This document shows positions 9,338 through 20,327 of a DNA stretch of 54,469 nt, piece by piece. The notes under the pieces were generated by a model. It was not told the DNA's origin. It saw only the letters and a list, made by a program, of their open reading frames with translations, and did no database searches. The position numbers were made by a program, and so were the translations under genes. The DNA is taken from contig JAYGFR010000108.1 in the NCBI GenBank assembly GCA_046581755.1, forward strand, positions 1 to 54,469, read 5' to 3'. Each line of letters opens with the position of its first letter. Position 1 is the first letter of the stretch. Source of the DNA: Nitrospinota bacterium (GTDB lineage Bacteria > UBA8248).

Positions 9338-10515
9338 GCCGCCGCGGAATTGACCCCGTTATTTTTTCCTGCGCTCTGGGCCTGATGGCGTTTGGTATCG
9401 TGATGATTTACAGCACGAGTCACATCCTCGCCCTAGACCGGTATGGGGATCAGTATCATTTTGTGAAGCGCCACATCATGTGGGTCGGCATCGGGGTGGT
9501 GTCGATGCTGCTGGCGGCGCGGGTGGACATCCGGAGCTTTCAGCCCCTGGCGTTCCCGGTGTTCGTGCTATCGGCGGTCGGGCTTTTGATGGTCTTTATT
9601 CCTGGAATCGGCAGGGAGGCGGGCGGAGCCCGGCGCTGGATCTCGTTGGGGCCGATGAGCGTCCAGCCCGCCGAGTTCGCCAAGTTTGGCCTGGCGTTTT
9701 TCCTAGCGCATTTCCTGTCCGTCAAGGGCGAGCGGCTGAAGGATTTTAAGTACGGCTTTCTCCCCTCGGCAATGTTCACGGGCCTGGTGCTGGTGCTGGT
9801 CTTGGCCCAGCCGGACCTGGGGACGGCGATACTGATTGCCGCCGTGGCGGGAATGATGCTCTTCCTGGCCGGGGCGAGGTGGCTGCATCTCGTGGGGTGT
9901 GCCCTTTTGGCCTCGCCGGTTCTCTACTGGATGATTTTCGCTGTCCCCTGGCGGAAGCAAAGGATCTTGGCTTTCCTGGATCCTCTCAACTCGGCCCAGG
10001 ACACGGGCTACCAGTTGTTTCAGTCTCTAATCGGGATGGCCCGCGGGGGAATTACGGGGATGGGCCTTGGCGAGGGAAAGCAGAAGCTTTTCTATTTGCC
10101 CGAGGCGCATACAGATTTCATCTACTCGGTGGTGGGCGAGGAACTCGGCTTGCTCGGTGGGCTGGCCGTGGCCGCGGTTTTCGCCGTCATTCTCTACCGC
10201 GGCCTCTCCGTCGCATCGCGCTGTAAGGATTCGTTCAGCGCGCTTCTCGCGGTGGGGGTGACCCTGCTGATCACCCTTCAGAGCCTGATCAACATGTCCG
10301 TCGCCTCGGGGCTGGTTCCCACAACGGGGGTCCCCCTCCCCTTGATCAGTTTGGGCGGGAGCTCCCTCGTGATGTCGCTCACCGCCCTGGGGGTTCTTCT
10401 CTCGATTGCCTCGGGGAGCGGCGCGGGCATTCCGAAGCGGCGGAACTCCGTCGGGGCAAATTCCGAAAACGGACAGGGGCTTCGGGTCGCATGGTCTTCC
10501 GGCGGGGGGAGGTGA
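9334..10515 (+). CDS. ftsW: SEDS peptidoglycan polymerase FtsW
   Basis: GARRWI, QPAEFAK, QPDLG, YLPEAHTDFI, PLISLGGSS; multi-TM. Confidence 0.95.
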   Translation: MSRRGIDPVIFSCALGLMAFGIVMIYSTSHILALDRYGDQYHFVKRHIMWVGIGVVSMLLAARVDIRSFQPLAFPVFVLSAVGLLMVFIPGIGREAGGARRWISLGPMSVQPAEFAKFGLAFFLAHFLSVKGERLKDFKYGFLPSAMFTGLVLVLVLAQPDLGTAILIAAVAGMMLFLAGARWLHLVGCALLASPVLYWMIFAVPWRKQRILAFLDPLNSAQDTGYQLFQSLIGMARGGITGMGLGEGKQKLFYLPEAHTDFIYSVVGEELGLLGGLAVAAVFAVILYRGLSVASRCKDSFSALLAVGVTLLITLQSLINMSVASGLVPTTGVPLPLISLGGSSLVMSLTALGVLLSIASGSGAGIPKRRNSVGANSENGQGLRVAWSSGGGR

Positions 10516-10517
10516 GC

Positions 10518-11600
10518 ATGCGTCTTTTGATCGCGGGCGGTGGAACTGGCGGTCATCTGTATCCAGGAATTGCCGTCGCGCGGGCGTGGCAGCGGTGCGG
10601 GCCCGAGTACCGCGTCCTCTTCGTGGGAACAAAGCGGGGGATCGAGGCGCGCGTGCTCCCCAAAGAGGAATTGCCTCTTGAGACAATCTCGGCCGCCGGG
10701 CTCTTGGGGCGCTCTTTCGCTCAAAAGCTCTTGGCCGCCGCCCAACTGGCGTGGGGAATTTTCCAGTCGTTGGGAATTGTGGGCCGCTTCGATCCGAACA
10801 TTGTGCTGGGTGTAGGCGGATACGGCAGCGCACCGGCGGTGGTCGCCTCATGGCTCAAAAGAAGGCCCATCGTCCTGCTCGAGCAAAATGCCATGCCCGG
10901 GGCCGCCAATCGCCTGCTCTCGCGGATGGCGAAGCGGGTGGCCGTTTGCCTGCCCGGCGCGGCGAAGTATTTCGCCCGGGAGAAGGTCGTCGAGATGGGG
11001 CTGCCCCTCCGGGAGGAAATGAAGGCAGCCGGGCCGAGGCCGGATTCATTCTGGAAAGGGCCGCTTCGGGTTCTCGTCTTCGGAGGAAGCCAGGGGGCGC
11101 ATGCCATCAACGAATCGGTGGCTGAAGCCTTGGCACATCTGGGCGCCACCGGAGAAAATTTCGAATTCGTCCACCAGACAGGGGAGAGGGACCTCGAGTG
11201 GATACGCCAAGCCTATGAGAGCGCGGGCGCCAAAGGAGAGGCGGAAGCGTTTCTTTATGACATGGCGGAGCGATACCGCTGGGCAAATCTGGCGGTGGCC
11301 AGGGCGGGCGCGATGACGGTGGGCGAACTCACGGCCATGGGCCTGCCGGCGCTCCTGATTCCGCTGCCCGTCTCGGCCCACGGGCACCAGGAGGCCAACG
11401 CGCGCTACATGGCCGACCAGGGCGCGGCCCGGATGGTTCTCCAGAAGGATCTCACGGGCAAGAGCTTGGCGGAATTTTTATTGGAGATGAACAGGGATCG
11501 CACGCTGTTGGCCGAAATGTCGCGCAAGGCCCTGGAGGCGGCCCGCAAGAACGCAACGGACGAGATGACCGCGCTTTGCCGAGAAACGGCCCGGACTTGA
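10518..11600 (+). CDS. murG: lipid I GlcNAc transferase MurG
   Basis: GGGTGGHLYP, GGYGS, EQNAMPG, GGSQGA, RAGA, HQEAN. Confidence 0.96.
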   Translation: MRLLIAGGGTGGHLYPGIAVARAWQRCGPEYRVLFVGTKRGIEARVLPKEELPLETISAAGLLGRSFAQKLLAAAQLAWGIFQSLGIVGRFDPNIVLGVGGYGSAPAVVASWLKRRPIVLLEQNAMPGAANRLLSRMAKRVAVCLPGAAKYFAREKVVEMGLPLREEMKAAGPRPDSFWKGPLRVLVFGGSQGAHAINESVAEALAHLGATGENFEFVHQTGERDLEWIRQAYESAGAKGEAEAFLYDMAERYRWANLAVARAGAMTVGELTAMGLPALLIPLPVSAHGHQEANARYMADQGAARMVLQKDLTGKSLAEFLLEMNRDRTLLAEMSRKALEAARKNATDEMTALCRETART

Positions 11601-11612
11601 GGAACGGAAGGA

Positions 11613-13043
11613 ATGATTAAACTCGGGAACAAATGGCATCCGATGCTCCGCCATACCCGGCGGGTCCATTTCATTGGAATCGGCGGCGCCGGGATGTGCG
11701 GAATTGCCGAAGTCCTGCTGAACATGGGCTATCAGGTGAGCGGATCGGAACTCCAGTCCAAGGAAATTCTTTTCTGCCTCCGCAGGCTCGGTGCGAATGT
11801 GATCGTGGGGCATTACCCGGAAAATGTGGATAATGTGGATGTTGTCGTTTACAGCTCGGCGGTTTCGCCGGATAACGTGGAAATTGTCGAGGCACGAAAA
11901 AGAAAAATTCCGGTCATCCGGCGGGCTGAGATGCTCGCCGAATTGATGCGGATGAAATTCAGCGTGGCCGTCGCCGGGACGCACGGAAAAACCACGACGA
12001 CCTCCCTGGTGGCCTCGGTCATGGCTGCCGGGAAGCTCGACCCGACGGTGGTGGTGGGTGGCCTGCTGAACGCCATCGGTGCCAACGCGCGGCTCGGTAC
12101 GGGGGATTATCTCGTCGCCGAGGCGGACGAAAGCGACGGAACCTTCCTGAGCCTTCTTCCCTCGATTGCGGTCGTGACGAACATCGACCCCGAGCATCTG
12201 GATTTCTACGGGGACTTCGAGTCCCTGAAGCGCGCGTTCCTCGAATTTATGAACAAGGTGCCGTTCTACGGATTTTCTGTTCTTTGCCTAGACCATCCGG
12301 TCATCCAGGAGCTCATTCCGCACGTGGAAAAGCGTTTCTTCACCTACGGATTCGGGACTCAAGCCGACTATACAGGAGAAAATTACCGCTACGTCGATGG
12401 CAAGGCGGTTTTCTCGGTTCGGCGCCACGGCGAGGAGATGGGCGAGATTCGGCTCAACATGCCGGGGCGACACAACACCGAAAACGCCCTGGCCGCCGTG
12501 GCTGTGGCCTGTGAACTGAATGTCGATTTTGGAGTGGTGCAGGAGGCCCTCCGGAATTTTGAGGGCATCGGCCGCCGCCTCGAGCGGGTGGGAGAGAGTG
12601 CGAATGTTCTTGTCATGGACGATTACGGCCACCACCCCGAGGAAATCCGCGTAACGCTCCGTGCCGTTCGCGAGGCCTGGCCCGGCCGGCGGCTGGTCGT
12701 CGCCTTTCAGCCCCACCGCTACTCGCGGACAGAGCACTTGATGGATTCGTTTCATACGGCGTTTTCCGATGCCGACGCTCTTTTCATCTTGCCCATCTAC
12801 GCGGCGGGAGAAAGTCCCATCGAAGGGATCACTTCTGGCCGCATCGCCGAAGGTGTTTTGGCGCACGGCCACAAATCCTGCGAGGAGACGGCATCCATTT
12901 CAGAGTGTGTGCGCGGGCTCCTCCTCGAGGTAGGGCCGAGCGATCTGATTCTCACGCTGGGCGCGGGGGATGTGTGGAAGGTGGGCCAGGATTTGCTGAA
13001 CCGGCTTCAATCTAATTCCGAACGGACGGACGAGGCGGGATGA
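11613..13043 (+). CDS. murC: UDP-MurNAc:L-Ala ligase MurC
   Basis: HFIGIGGAGM, GTHGKTTT, EADESD, DDYGHHP, FQPHRYSRT; start may be ATG 11643. Confidence 0.96.
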   Translation: MIKLGNKWHPMLRHTRRVHFIGIGGAGMCGIAEVLLNMGYQVSGSELQSKEILFCLRRLGANVIVGHYPENVDNVDVVVYSSAVSPDNVEIVEARKRKIPVIRRAEMLAELMRMKFSVAVAGTHGKTTTTSLVASVMAAGKLDPTVVVGGLLNAIGANARLGTGDYLVAEADESDGTFLSLLPSIAVVTNIDPEHLDFYGDFESLKRAFLEFMNKVPFYGFSVLCLDHPVIQELIPHVEKRFFTYGFGTQADYTGENYRYVDGKAVFSVRRHGEEMGEIRLNMPGRHNTENALAAVAVACELNVDFGVVQEALRNFEGIGRRLERVGESANVLVMDDYGHHPEEIRVTLRAVREAWPGRRLVVAFQPHRYSRTEHLMDSFHTAFSDADALFILPIYAAGESPIEGITSGRIAEGVLAHGHKSCEETASISECVRGLLLEVGPSDLILTLGAGDVWKVGQDLLNRLQSNSERTDEAG

Positions 13044-13993
13044 GCGCTCATTTGATGGGGGAGATTGTGGCGAGCGATTTGAAGGAGATACTCGGCGGCC
13101 TCGGATGCGAGGTCCGCTTCGAGGAGTATCTTTCGGCTCATACCACGTTCCAGGTGGGAGGCCCGGCGGATGCGCTTGCTCTGCCGAAGGATGAGGGCGA
13201 ACTCCTGGAGTTGCTCGAAAGATGCCGCTTGGGGGGTCTTCCGGTGACGGTGCTCGGCGGTGGAGCGAATACGCTGGTCCGGGACGGCGGGGTCCGGGGC
13301 GTGGTGATCTCTCTCGCGAGAGGTTTCCGCAGTCTCACGCTCAGGGAAGAAACCAAGGACCGGGCCCTCATGGAGGCGGGCGCAGGCGTGAAAATCCCCG
13401 CCCTGGTCCGCTTCGCCGTCGAGGGCGGATGGGAAGGGGTGGAATGCCTGACGGGGGTTCCCGGAACGGTGGGCGGTGCTTTGGCCATGAACGCGGGAAC
13501 GGCCGATCGTTTTATCGGAGATGCCTTGGAAAGCGCCAGATGGATCCGTTTTTCGGAGGGAGGGGTAGAGAGGCTGCCCTCGGAGGATATCCGGTTCGGA
13601 TACCGAAGCGCTCTCTTTCCCGAGACCGGGCTGGTTTCAAGCGTCGTTTTTCGCCTTGCCCGGGGCGATAAGGACCAGTTGCGCGCCTTCATGCAAAAGG
13701 ACGCCAGGGCCCGCCGGGAGCGCCAGCCCTGGGGGCTGCCCTGCGCGGGATCCATTTTCCGGAATCCGCCGGGCGGGCGCGCGGGCCTAATTATCGAAGC
13801 GCTGGGCCTCAAGGGCCACCGGGCCGGCGGCGCCGAAGTCAGCCGGGTCCATGGCAATTTTATCGTGAACCGGGGAGGAGCAACGGCGTCCGACGTGATT
13901 TCCTTAATCGATGAGGTGAAGCGCGAAGTCAGGAGGCGAAACGGGGCCAACCTCGTTTTGGAGCTTCAGGTGATTGGGGAGGATTTGCCATGA
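13040..13993 (+). CDS. murB: UDP-N-acetylenolpyruvoylglucosamine reductase MurB
   Basis: HTTFQVGG, GVPGTVGGALAMNAG, FGYR, AGSIFRNP, HGNFIVN. Confidence 0.95.
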   Translation: MSAHLMGEIVASDLKEILGGLGCEVRFEEYLSAHTTFQVGGPADALALPKDEGELLELLERCRLGGLPVTVLGGGANTLVRDGGVRGVVISLARGFRSLTLREETKDRALMEAGAGVKIPALVRFAVEGGWEGVECLTGVPGTVGGALAMNAGTADRFIGDALESARWIRFSEGGVERLPSEDIRFGYRSALFPETGLVSSVVFRLARGDKDQLRAFMQKDARARRERQPWGLPCAGSIFRNPPGGRAGLIIEALGLKGHRAGGAEVSRVHGNFIVNRGGATASDVISLIDEVKREVRRRNGANLVLELQVIGEDLP

Positions 13994-14883
13994 GCCGGCC
14001 GATGCCCGGGTGGGGTGCGGTGAGAGAAAGGGAAGCGGGAGCGAATCAGAAGGCGCGGCCCGCGAAACCGATCCCCAGGAAAAAAAGAGTCGCATCGAAG
14101 AAAAACCCCAAGGCCGCTTCCTCAAGAGGTTGGCTCTGGCCCGCCATCGGGTTTTTGGTGTTCGCCGAGGTTCTCCTCCTTGGGGGGCATGCGGTCCGGT
14201 GGGCGACGACAAGCGCTCGGTTCGTCCTGGGGGAGGTGAAAATCACGGGGCATGTGACGCTTGTCCCCGAATCGCTCGTCAAGCTTTCCGGCCTTCGCCC
14301 CGGAACGAATCTTTTCGATGTGGACTTGGAGCAGGTGCGCCGGCGCATCGAAACCAATCCCTGGGTGCGCCGGTCGAGCATTCGGCTCAGTCCGCCCAGC
14401 ACCCTTCGAATCGAGATCGAAGAGCGCAGGCCCGTGGCTCTCGTCGATCGGAAAAACGCCGTCGCAGTGGACCGGGAGGGCGTCATCCTCGGGCCGCTAC
14501 CCGGCACGACCGATCGGTGCTTTCCGCTGCTGGAGGGATTCTACAAAGAGGGCGGGAGGTCGGGAGATCGGATCACCCGGGAAGGTTTTGCCTTTGCCTA
14601 TATGGCCGCTTCTCTTTTTTCAGGCGCACCTCTCGAGCGGGGGGAATGCCTGAGCGTCCGACCCGCGAAGGACGGAAACCTGTGGATCCGGGCTTTAGGA
14701 GGAAAAGTGAATCTGTTGGTGAACGAAGAAAATATAGAGGCCCAAGCAGCGCAATTTCATGCGGTTGCCAAGTGGATTTTAGATGATTGGAGCCCGCCCG
14801 CCGCTCCCATGCAAATGGATCTCACATTTCCAGGCCGGATTATTGTCCGGCCAACCAAATTTGATGGAGGGTCGAAAGGATGA
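13990..14883 (+). CDS. ftsQ: cell division protein FtsQ/DivIB
   Basis: Basic N-terminus, TM helix, POTRA domain (PWVRRSSI...IEERRPVA); lies before ftsA. Confidence 0.88.
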   Translation: MSRPMPGWGAVREREAGANQKARPAKPIPRKKRVASKKNPKAASSRGWLWPAIGFLVFAEVLLLGGHAVRWATTSARFVLGEVKITGHVTLVPESLVKLSGLRPGTNLFDVDLEQVRRRIETNPWVRRSSIRLSPPSTLRIEIEERRPVALVDRKNAVAVDREGVILGPLPGTTDRCFPLLEGFYKEGGRSGDRITREGFAFAYMAASLFSGAPLERGECLSVRPAKDGNLWIRALGGKVNLLVNEENIEAQAAQFHAVAKWILDDWSPPAAPMQMDLTFPGRIIVRPTKFDGGSKG

Positions 14884-16124
14884 TGAAACGGTCCGCTGTG
14901 CTTGTGGGCCTCGACATTGGCACATCGAAGATCTGCGTCATCGTAGCGGAGGTGGCCGAGGACGGATCGCTCGAGATTGTCGGTCTCGGGAAACATCCCT
15001 CGAAGGGGCTCAACCGCGGCGCAGTGGTCAATATCGACCAGGCGGTCGAGTCCATCCGGTCGGCGGTTGGGGAAGCGGAATTTATCAGCGGCGTTCCCAT
15101 CCGATCCGCCTTTGTCGGCGTAGCGGGAGGGCATATTCGGAGCTTCAACAGCAATGGAATCGTCGCCATCAAAAATAAGGTTGTTTCCGAGAACGACGTG
15201 GATCGCGTCATCGAGCAGGGCCGGGCTGTCACACTGGCCGCGGACCATCAAATCCTCCATGTCCTTCCGCAGGAATATATCGTCGACGATCAGGAGGGGA
15301 TCACCGAGCCGGTCGGAATGGCGGGGGTGCGGCTCGAGTGCAAGGTTCATGTCGTCACCGGCGCCATCCCCGCCATCCAGAACATCATCCGGAGTGTGGA
15401 GCGAGCCGGTCTCGCGGTGGAAAAACTGGTCCTCCAGCCACTGGCCTCCTCCATCGCCGCGCTCACCGACGATGAGCGCGATCTGGGCGTCGCGGTTGTG
15501 GATATCGGCAGCGGAACCTCCGATGTCGCGGTGATTAGCAACGGCGCCCTGAAGTATTCGGCGGTGATTCCGGTTGGCGGGAACCACGTCACGAGGGACA
15601 TCGCCATCGGTCTTCGAACCCCCGATCACCAAGCGGAGCGGATCAAACAGGAATTTGGCTGCGCCTTGGCGTCCATACTCGATCACGACGAGGAAATCGA
15701 GGTGCCCAGCGTGGGTGGAAGGCCGCCCCGGGTGCTCAGCCGCCAAATGCTGGCGGAGATCATCGAGCCGCGGATGGAGGAAATGCTTACCCTCATCCGG
15801 CGTGAAATCCAAAAGAGTGGATACGAGGATATTCTCCCGGCGGGGGTCGTGCTGACGGGCGGCGCCTGCATCATGCCCGGCACCGAGGAGTTGTCCGAGC
15901 GGATCCTTCAGCTCCCCGTCCGCCAGGGAGCCCCGGGAGGCATCGGCGGTCTGGTCGATATGGTCAACGGGCCGATGTATTCGACCGGCGTAGGGTTGGT
16001 CATGTTCGGAATGCAGGATGAAGGGCGGAGCCGGACCGGGTGGCTCGTTTCGGGAGGGAGAGGCGGCTCACTCCGCTCCGCGAAGGACACGATACGGACA
16101 ATTTTTTCGAGCATATTCAGGTAA
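14880..16124 (+). CDS. ftsA: cell division protein FtsA
   Basis: GLDIGTSK, VDIGSGTSD, AERIK, GVVLTGG. Confidence 0.97.
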   Translation: MMKRSAVLVGLDIGTSKICVIVAEVAEDGSLEIVGLGKHPSKGLNRGAVVNIDQAVESIRSAVGEAEFISGVPIRSAFVGVAGGHIRSFNSNGIVAIKNKVVSENDVDRVIEQGRAVTLAADHQILHVLPQEYIVDDQEGITEPVGMAGVRLECKVHVVTGAIPAIQNIIRSVERAGLAVEKLVLQPLASSIAALTDDERDLGVAVVDIGSGTSDVAVISNGALKYSAVIPVGGNHVTRDIAIGLRTPDHQAERIKQEFGCALASILDHDEEIEVPSVGGRPPRVLSRQMLAEIIEPRMEEMLTLIRREIQKSGYEDILPAGVVLTGGACIMPGTEELSERILQLPVRQGAPGGIGGLVDMVNGPMYSTGVGLVMFGMQDEGRSRTGWLVSGGRGGSLRSAKDTIRTIFSSIFR

Positions 16125-16175
16125 TTGGAATTTCGGTCCGGAATACCGGGCAGTCGGAGTCAACGGGAGAAGATA

Positions 16176-17315
16176 ATGAGCGATCTGATGTTTGAACTCG
16201 AACAGGCCAAGGAATGCCGTGCCAAGCTCTGCGTCATCGGCGTGGGGGGAGGTGGCGGAAACGCCGTGAACACGATGATTGCCTCCGGGATGGACGAGGT
16301 GAGCTTCGTCGTTGCCAACACCGACTCCCAAGCTTTGGAAAAATCGCTGGCACCCGAAAAAATTCAACTCGGGCTCGACCTGACCGGAGGCCTCGGCGCG
16401 GGCGGAAACCCCGAAATCGGACGCAAGGCGGCCCTCGAGGACACCGAGCGCCTTTTGTATTTCCTCGAGGGTCTCGACATGCTCTTCGTTACGGCGGGAA
16501 TGGGCGGCGGGACCGGAACCGGCGCAGCGCCCGTGCTCGCGAGGATTGCCAAGGAGGCGGGGATCCTGACCGTGGGGGTCGTCACGCGGCCGTTCGATTT
16601 TGAAGGCCCCCGCCGAATGGCCCAGGCCGATGAGGGGATCGCCGAACTCAAGGAATCGGTGAATACCCTGATCACCATTCCGAATCAGCGCCTCCTCGGG
16701 ATGGTGGAGCGGACCACCCCGATGAAGGAGGCCTTCAATCAGGCGAACGACATTCTTCTCCAGGCCTGCCGGGGTATTGCGGACCTGATCACCACACCGG
16801 GCCTCATCAACCTGGATTTCGCGGACGTGCGCACCATCATGCGAGATATGGGCGGTATGGCGCTGATGGGAAGCGGGGTCGGGAGCGGGGAAAACCGGGC
16901 GGTCATCGCCGCCCAGAACGCGATGTGTAGCCCGCTGCTCGAGGAGGGCTCGATTCAGGGCGCCCGCGGCGTTTTGATCAACATTTCGGGCGGAGAAAAT
17001 TTGTCCCTCTTCGAGGTGAACGAGGCTTGCTCCCTCATTCACGAGGTGGCACATGAGGACGCCAACATTATCTTCGGCTCGGTGATCGATCCCGCGATGG
17101 CGGATGATATCCGGGTGACGGTGATCGCGACCGGATTCGGGCAGGGGCCCGCTGTCCGCGAGGTTCCGTCGCTTACCGGCGAATCGACCGGAACCGACGG
17201 ACGGGACGTGCCCGCCTATATCCGGGCGAAAGGGGACAAGAAGGATTCGGCTTTGAGTTACCAGATAGACGATGATCTCGATATTCCTACGTTTTTGAGG
17301 AAACAAGCGGATTGA
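16176..17315 (+). CDS. ftsZ: cell division protein FtsZ
   Basis: [17 protein letters not shown] tubulin signature, INLDFAD, C-terminal [15 protein letters not shown] before ATG 16176. Confidence 0.98.
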   Translation: MSDLMFELEQAKECRAKLCVIGVGGGGGNAVNTMIASGMDEVSFVVANTDSQALEKSLAPEKIQLGLDLTGGLGAGGNPEIGRKAALEDTERLLYFLEGLDMLFVTAGMGGGTGTGAAPVLARIAKEAGILTVGVVTRPFDFEGPRRMAQADEGIAELKESVNTLITIPNQRLLGMVERTTPMKEAFNQANDILLQACRGIADLITTPGLINLDFADVRTIMRDMGGMALMGSGVGSGENRAVIAAQNAMCSPLLEEGSIQGARGVLINISGGENLSLFEVNEACSLIHEVAHEDANIIFGSVIDPAMADDIRVTVIATGFGQGPAVREVPSLTGESTGTDGRDVPAYIRAKGDKKDSALSYQIDDDLDIPTFLRKQAD

Positions 17316-17376
17316 CCCCCCTTCGCCGTCTACGGGAGATCCTCTCCCTAAGGGGCGGCGAATTCCCTTCCTTAAC

Positions 17377-17402
17377 GCCAGGGGGGCTTCGGCCCCCCTG
17401 GC
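17377..17402 (+). terminator. GC-rich hairpin after ftsZ (probable terminator or RNA-stabilising stem)
   Basis: GCCAGGGGGGC-TTCG-GCCCCCCTGGC; U-tract weak; a second hairpin at about 17322-17362. Confidence 0.55.
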
Positions 17403-17538
17403 CCCTCCCTTTCGCGGGTGCGTGACGTGATTTCCTTGGGACGCGCCGCGAACTTATAATGAGATTCGAGACAGGTCGCCAGCCGTACTACCGGGCGATA
17501 TTTCCCGTATTCAGGATCCAAAGGACAACGGTTTTCCA

Positions 17539-18333
17539 ATGCGGAATCTGGAAATTCACGAAGAAAACGGGGTGGAATTTCTCACTTCGCCCCTGCTCGA
17601 AAAATGTGGATTCGTGCGTCATGCCTTCAGCACCCGGCGTGGCGGGGTGAGCGAAGGCCCCTATGACTCCCTCAATCTGGGCGCGGCCAAGGGAGAAGAC
17701 CCTGTACGGGTCGAGGAAAACCGGAGGCGCTTTTTCGAGGCTGCGGGGCTCGCTCCCGAAAGAGTGGCTGAGGTTTGTCAGGTCCATGGGGCGGAGGTGA
17801 TCGACGCAAATAAGATTCGGGACGAAGGAGGGGTGTCGGCCGATGGCGTGATGACCGACCTGCCGGGGATCGCGGCAGCTGTCCAGACGGCGGATTGTGT
17901 CCCGGTCCTCCTGGCCGATCCGGTGAAGCGCGGCGTGGCCGCCGTTCATGCCGGGCGGCGCGGTACGGCGGCTGGCGTCCTCGTGTCGGCAGTCGCCGGG
18001 ATGAAAAGGCGCTTCGGATCGGAGCCGAAGAATCTGGTCGCCGCACTGGGGCCGGGAATATCCGGACAGTGCTACGAGGTGGGCGGGGAGTGCATTCCGC
18101 CGTTTCGCCTGAGGTATCCTGGTTGGAGGGATTTTTGCGTTCAGGTGGGCGGCGGGCATTGGCTGCTCGATCTGCCCGAGGCTGTCCGGATTCAACTCGT
18201 ATCGGCGGGCGTCCCTGAGGAGGCGATCGATCTGGCGCCCCACTGCACGTTTTCCGAGTCGGCGAGATTTTTTTCTTATCGCAGAGATGGCGAGCCGACC
18301 GGCCGCCTCCTGTCGGTAATCGAAATTATTTAG
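17539..18333 (+). CDS. pgeF: peptidoglycan editing factor PgeF (YfiH/YlmD)
   Basis: HAFSTR, SLNLG, QVHG, TADCVP, HAGRRG, FFSYRR. Confidence 0.93.
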   Translation: MRNLEIHEENGVEFLTSPLLEKCGFVRHAFSTRRGGVSEGPYDSLNLGAAKGEDPVRVEENRRRFFEAAGLAPERVAEVCQVHGAEVIDANKIRDEGGVSADGVMTDLPGIAAAVQTADCVPVLLADPVKRGVAAVHAGRRGTAAGVLVSAVAGMKRRFGSEPKNLVAALGPGISGQCYEVGGECIPPFRLRYPGWRDFCVQVGGGHWLLDLPEAVRIQLVSAGVPEEAIDLAPHCTFSESARFFSYRRDGEPTGRLLSVIEII

Positions 18334-18359
18334 GTTTCACTCTCGGGAGAGGGAATCGC

Positions 18360-19064
18360 ATGGGATTCAGCTGCAGGCGATACGAGGCGGTCCTGGAGCG
18401 GATCGCGGAAGCGGCGCGCAAGGCGGGGCGTTTGCCGGGCGAGGTCGAACTCGTCTCGGTGACCAAGACTCAGCCGCCGGAGGTGCTCGCCGAAGCCATT
18501 GAAGGCGGGGTGGCCATTTTGGGGGAAAACCGGGTGCAAGAGGCCCGGGAAAAGCGAAGTCTCCTCCTTCCGGAGCTTGCCTCGCGCGCCAGGTGGCATC
18601 TCATCGGATCGCTCCAGCGCAACAAGGCGCGCCAGATACCGGGCCTATTCGATGTGGTCGAATCGGTCGATTCACTGCCTCTGGCAAAGGAACTCGCGCG
18701 CAGGGCCAGTGCCCAAAGCGGAGAACCGCTGGAAGTGTTCATCCAGGTCAATATGGGGAATGAGCCCCAAAAGGGGGGAGCCCCGCTCTCCGAGGTCCCG
18801 GCGCTGCTCCGCGAGATCGAGGGGATGCCCTCCCTCCGCGCGGTGGGCCTCATGTGCATCCCTCCCCTCGGCCGGGCGCCGGAGGAGAGTCGCCCTCATT
18901 TCCGGCAACTGAGGGAGCTTCGAGACCAGGCCATCGAAGCGGGCCACGAATCGGTGCAGGGCCTTTCGATGGGAATGTCGGCGGATTTCGAGGTGGCCAT
19001 TGAGGAAGGAGCCACCAGCGTCCGCGTCGGAACGGCCATTTTCGGGGCACGGATCGCCCCTTGA
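18360..19064 (+). CDS. yggS: PLP homeostasis protein YggS (YlmE)
   Basis: VTK (PLP Lys), GENRVQE, WHLIGSLQRNK, LSMGMS, VRVGTAIFG. Confidence 0.95.
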   Translation: MGFSCRRYEAVLERIAEAARKAGRLPGEVELVSVTKTQPPEVLAEAIEGGVAILGENRVQEAREKRSLLLPELASRARWHLIGSLQRNKARQIPGLFDVVESVDSLPLAKELARRASAQSGEPLEVFIQVNMGNEPQKGGAPLSEVPALLREIEGMPSLRAVGLMCIPPLGRAPEESRPHFRQLRELRDQAIEAGHESVQGLSMGMSADFEVAIEEGATSVRVGTAIFGARIAP

Positions 19065-19168
19065 GGCTTGCTCCATTCCCTTATTCTTCTTCGGTTTGTT
19101 TTGAGTCTGCGATTCCAGTAGGCTCAATATGATGGAATCTGTATTTTTTGCATATTGGAGAGTTCGCA

Positions 19169-19978
19169 ATGGTTTCCGAGCGAATCGCCGTCATCGGCGG
19201 CGGCAATATGGGCGAGGCGCTAGCCGGGGGAATGGTGAACGCGGGCTACGTCTCGAAGGACCGAATTGTCTTGGCCGAGCCTGTGGAGGATCGCCGGAAT
19301 TACCTGAAATCAAAAGGGTTCGATACCGTTGCCGAAGGTTCCAAGGCCGTGGATGGGGTCGCCTCGGTCTTGTTTGCCGTAAAGCCCCAAGATTTGGGGG
19401 CCGTTTTGAGCCAGCTCAAGGGAAAGGTGACAACCGGCCACCTGCTGGTATCCATCGTCGCCGGGGCCCCGACCGCCCGCTATACCGAGGCGTTCGGCGA
19501 CAGTGCCCGGATCATCCGCGTGATGCCGAATACGCCGGCCCTTGTCGGCTCGGGAGCCGCCGGGGTTTGCGCCGGCGGCGCCGCCACGGACGAAGACCTT
19601 GCGGCCGCCCTGAAAATGCTCGAATCCGTGGGCCGCGCGGTAGAGATGCCCGAATCGCTGATGGACGCCGTGACCGGCCTCTCGGGCAGTGGCCCGGCCT
19701 ATGTGTTCCAGTTTATCGAGGCGCTCGCGGACGGGGGTGTCCGCGTCGGCCTGCCCCGGGACAAGGCTCTCATGCTCGCCGCGCAGACCGTAATGGGTTC
19801 GGCCCAGATGGTGCTCGACCTCGATGAGCATCCGGCCCGGTTGAAGGATATGGTCGCCTCCCCGGGCGGCACGACCATCGCCGGCCTCCATGCCCTCGAA
19901 GCGGGTGGCCTCCGGGCCGCTGTTATCAACGCCGTCGTCGCCGCCACGGAGCGAAGCAAGGAATTAGGAAAAAATTAG
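19169..19978 (+). CDS. proC: pyrroline-5-carboxylate reductase
   Basis: IGGGNMG, AVKPQ, RVMPNTP, SGSGPAY, SPGGTTI. Confidence 0.96.
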   Translation: MVSERIAVIGGGNMGEALAGGMVNAGYVSKDRIVLAEPVEDRRNYLKSKGFDTVAEGSKAVDGVASVLFAVKPQDLGAVLSQLKGKVTTGHLLVSIVAGAPTARYTEAFGDSARIIRVMPNTPALVGSGAAGVCAGGAATDEDLAAALKMLESVGRAVEMPESLMDAVTGLSGSGPAYVFQFIEALADGGVRVGLPRDKALMLAAQTVMGSAQMVLDLDEHPARLKDMVASPGGTTIAGLHALEAGGLRAAVINAVVAATERSKELGKN

Positions 19979-20005
19979 GGAAATTTCACCGATGAGGACC
20001 GTCAA

Positions 20006-20302
20006 GTGTTTTTGATTTCCAACTTCATCTCGGCATCCGCGAATATTATCGATATCGTTCTGAATATTTTCATGTGGGTGGTCATTATCCGCGCCCTTCT
20101 TTCCTGGGTGAATCCGGACCCCTACAACCCGGTCGTGCAGATTCTCTACCGATTGACCGAACCTGTTCTCATGCCCATTCGATCCAGGCTCCCGGATTTC
20201 GGCGGGCTGGACCTCAGCACGATGGTCGTTCTTATCGGGATTATATTTTTCCGAAGTTTTCTGGTTCCAAGCCTGTACGAATTTGCCCGCGTGATGCGTT
20301 GA
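20006..20302 (+). CDS. yggT: YggT/YlmG family membrane protein
   Basis: LLSWVNPDPYNP, LTEPVL, GGLDLS. Confidence 0.93.
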   Translation: MFLISNFISASANIIDIVLNIFMWVVIIRALLSWVNPDPYNPVVQILYRLTEPVLMPIRSRLPDFGGLDLSTMVVLIGIIFFRSFLVPSLYEFARVMR

Positions 20303-20327
20303 GCCACAAAAAACAAGGAGTGGACCC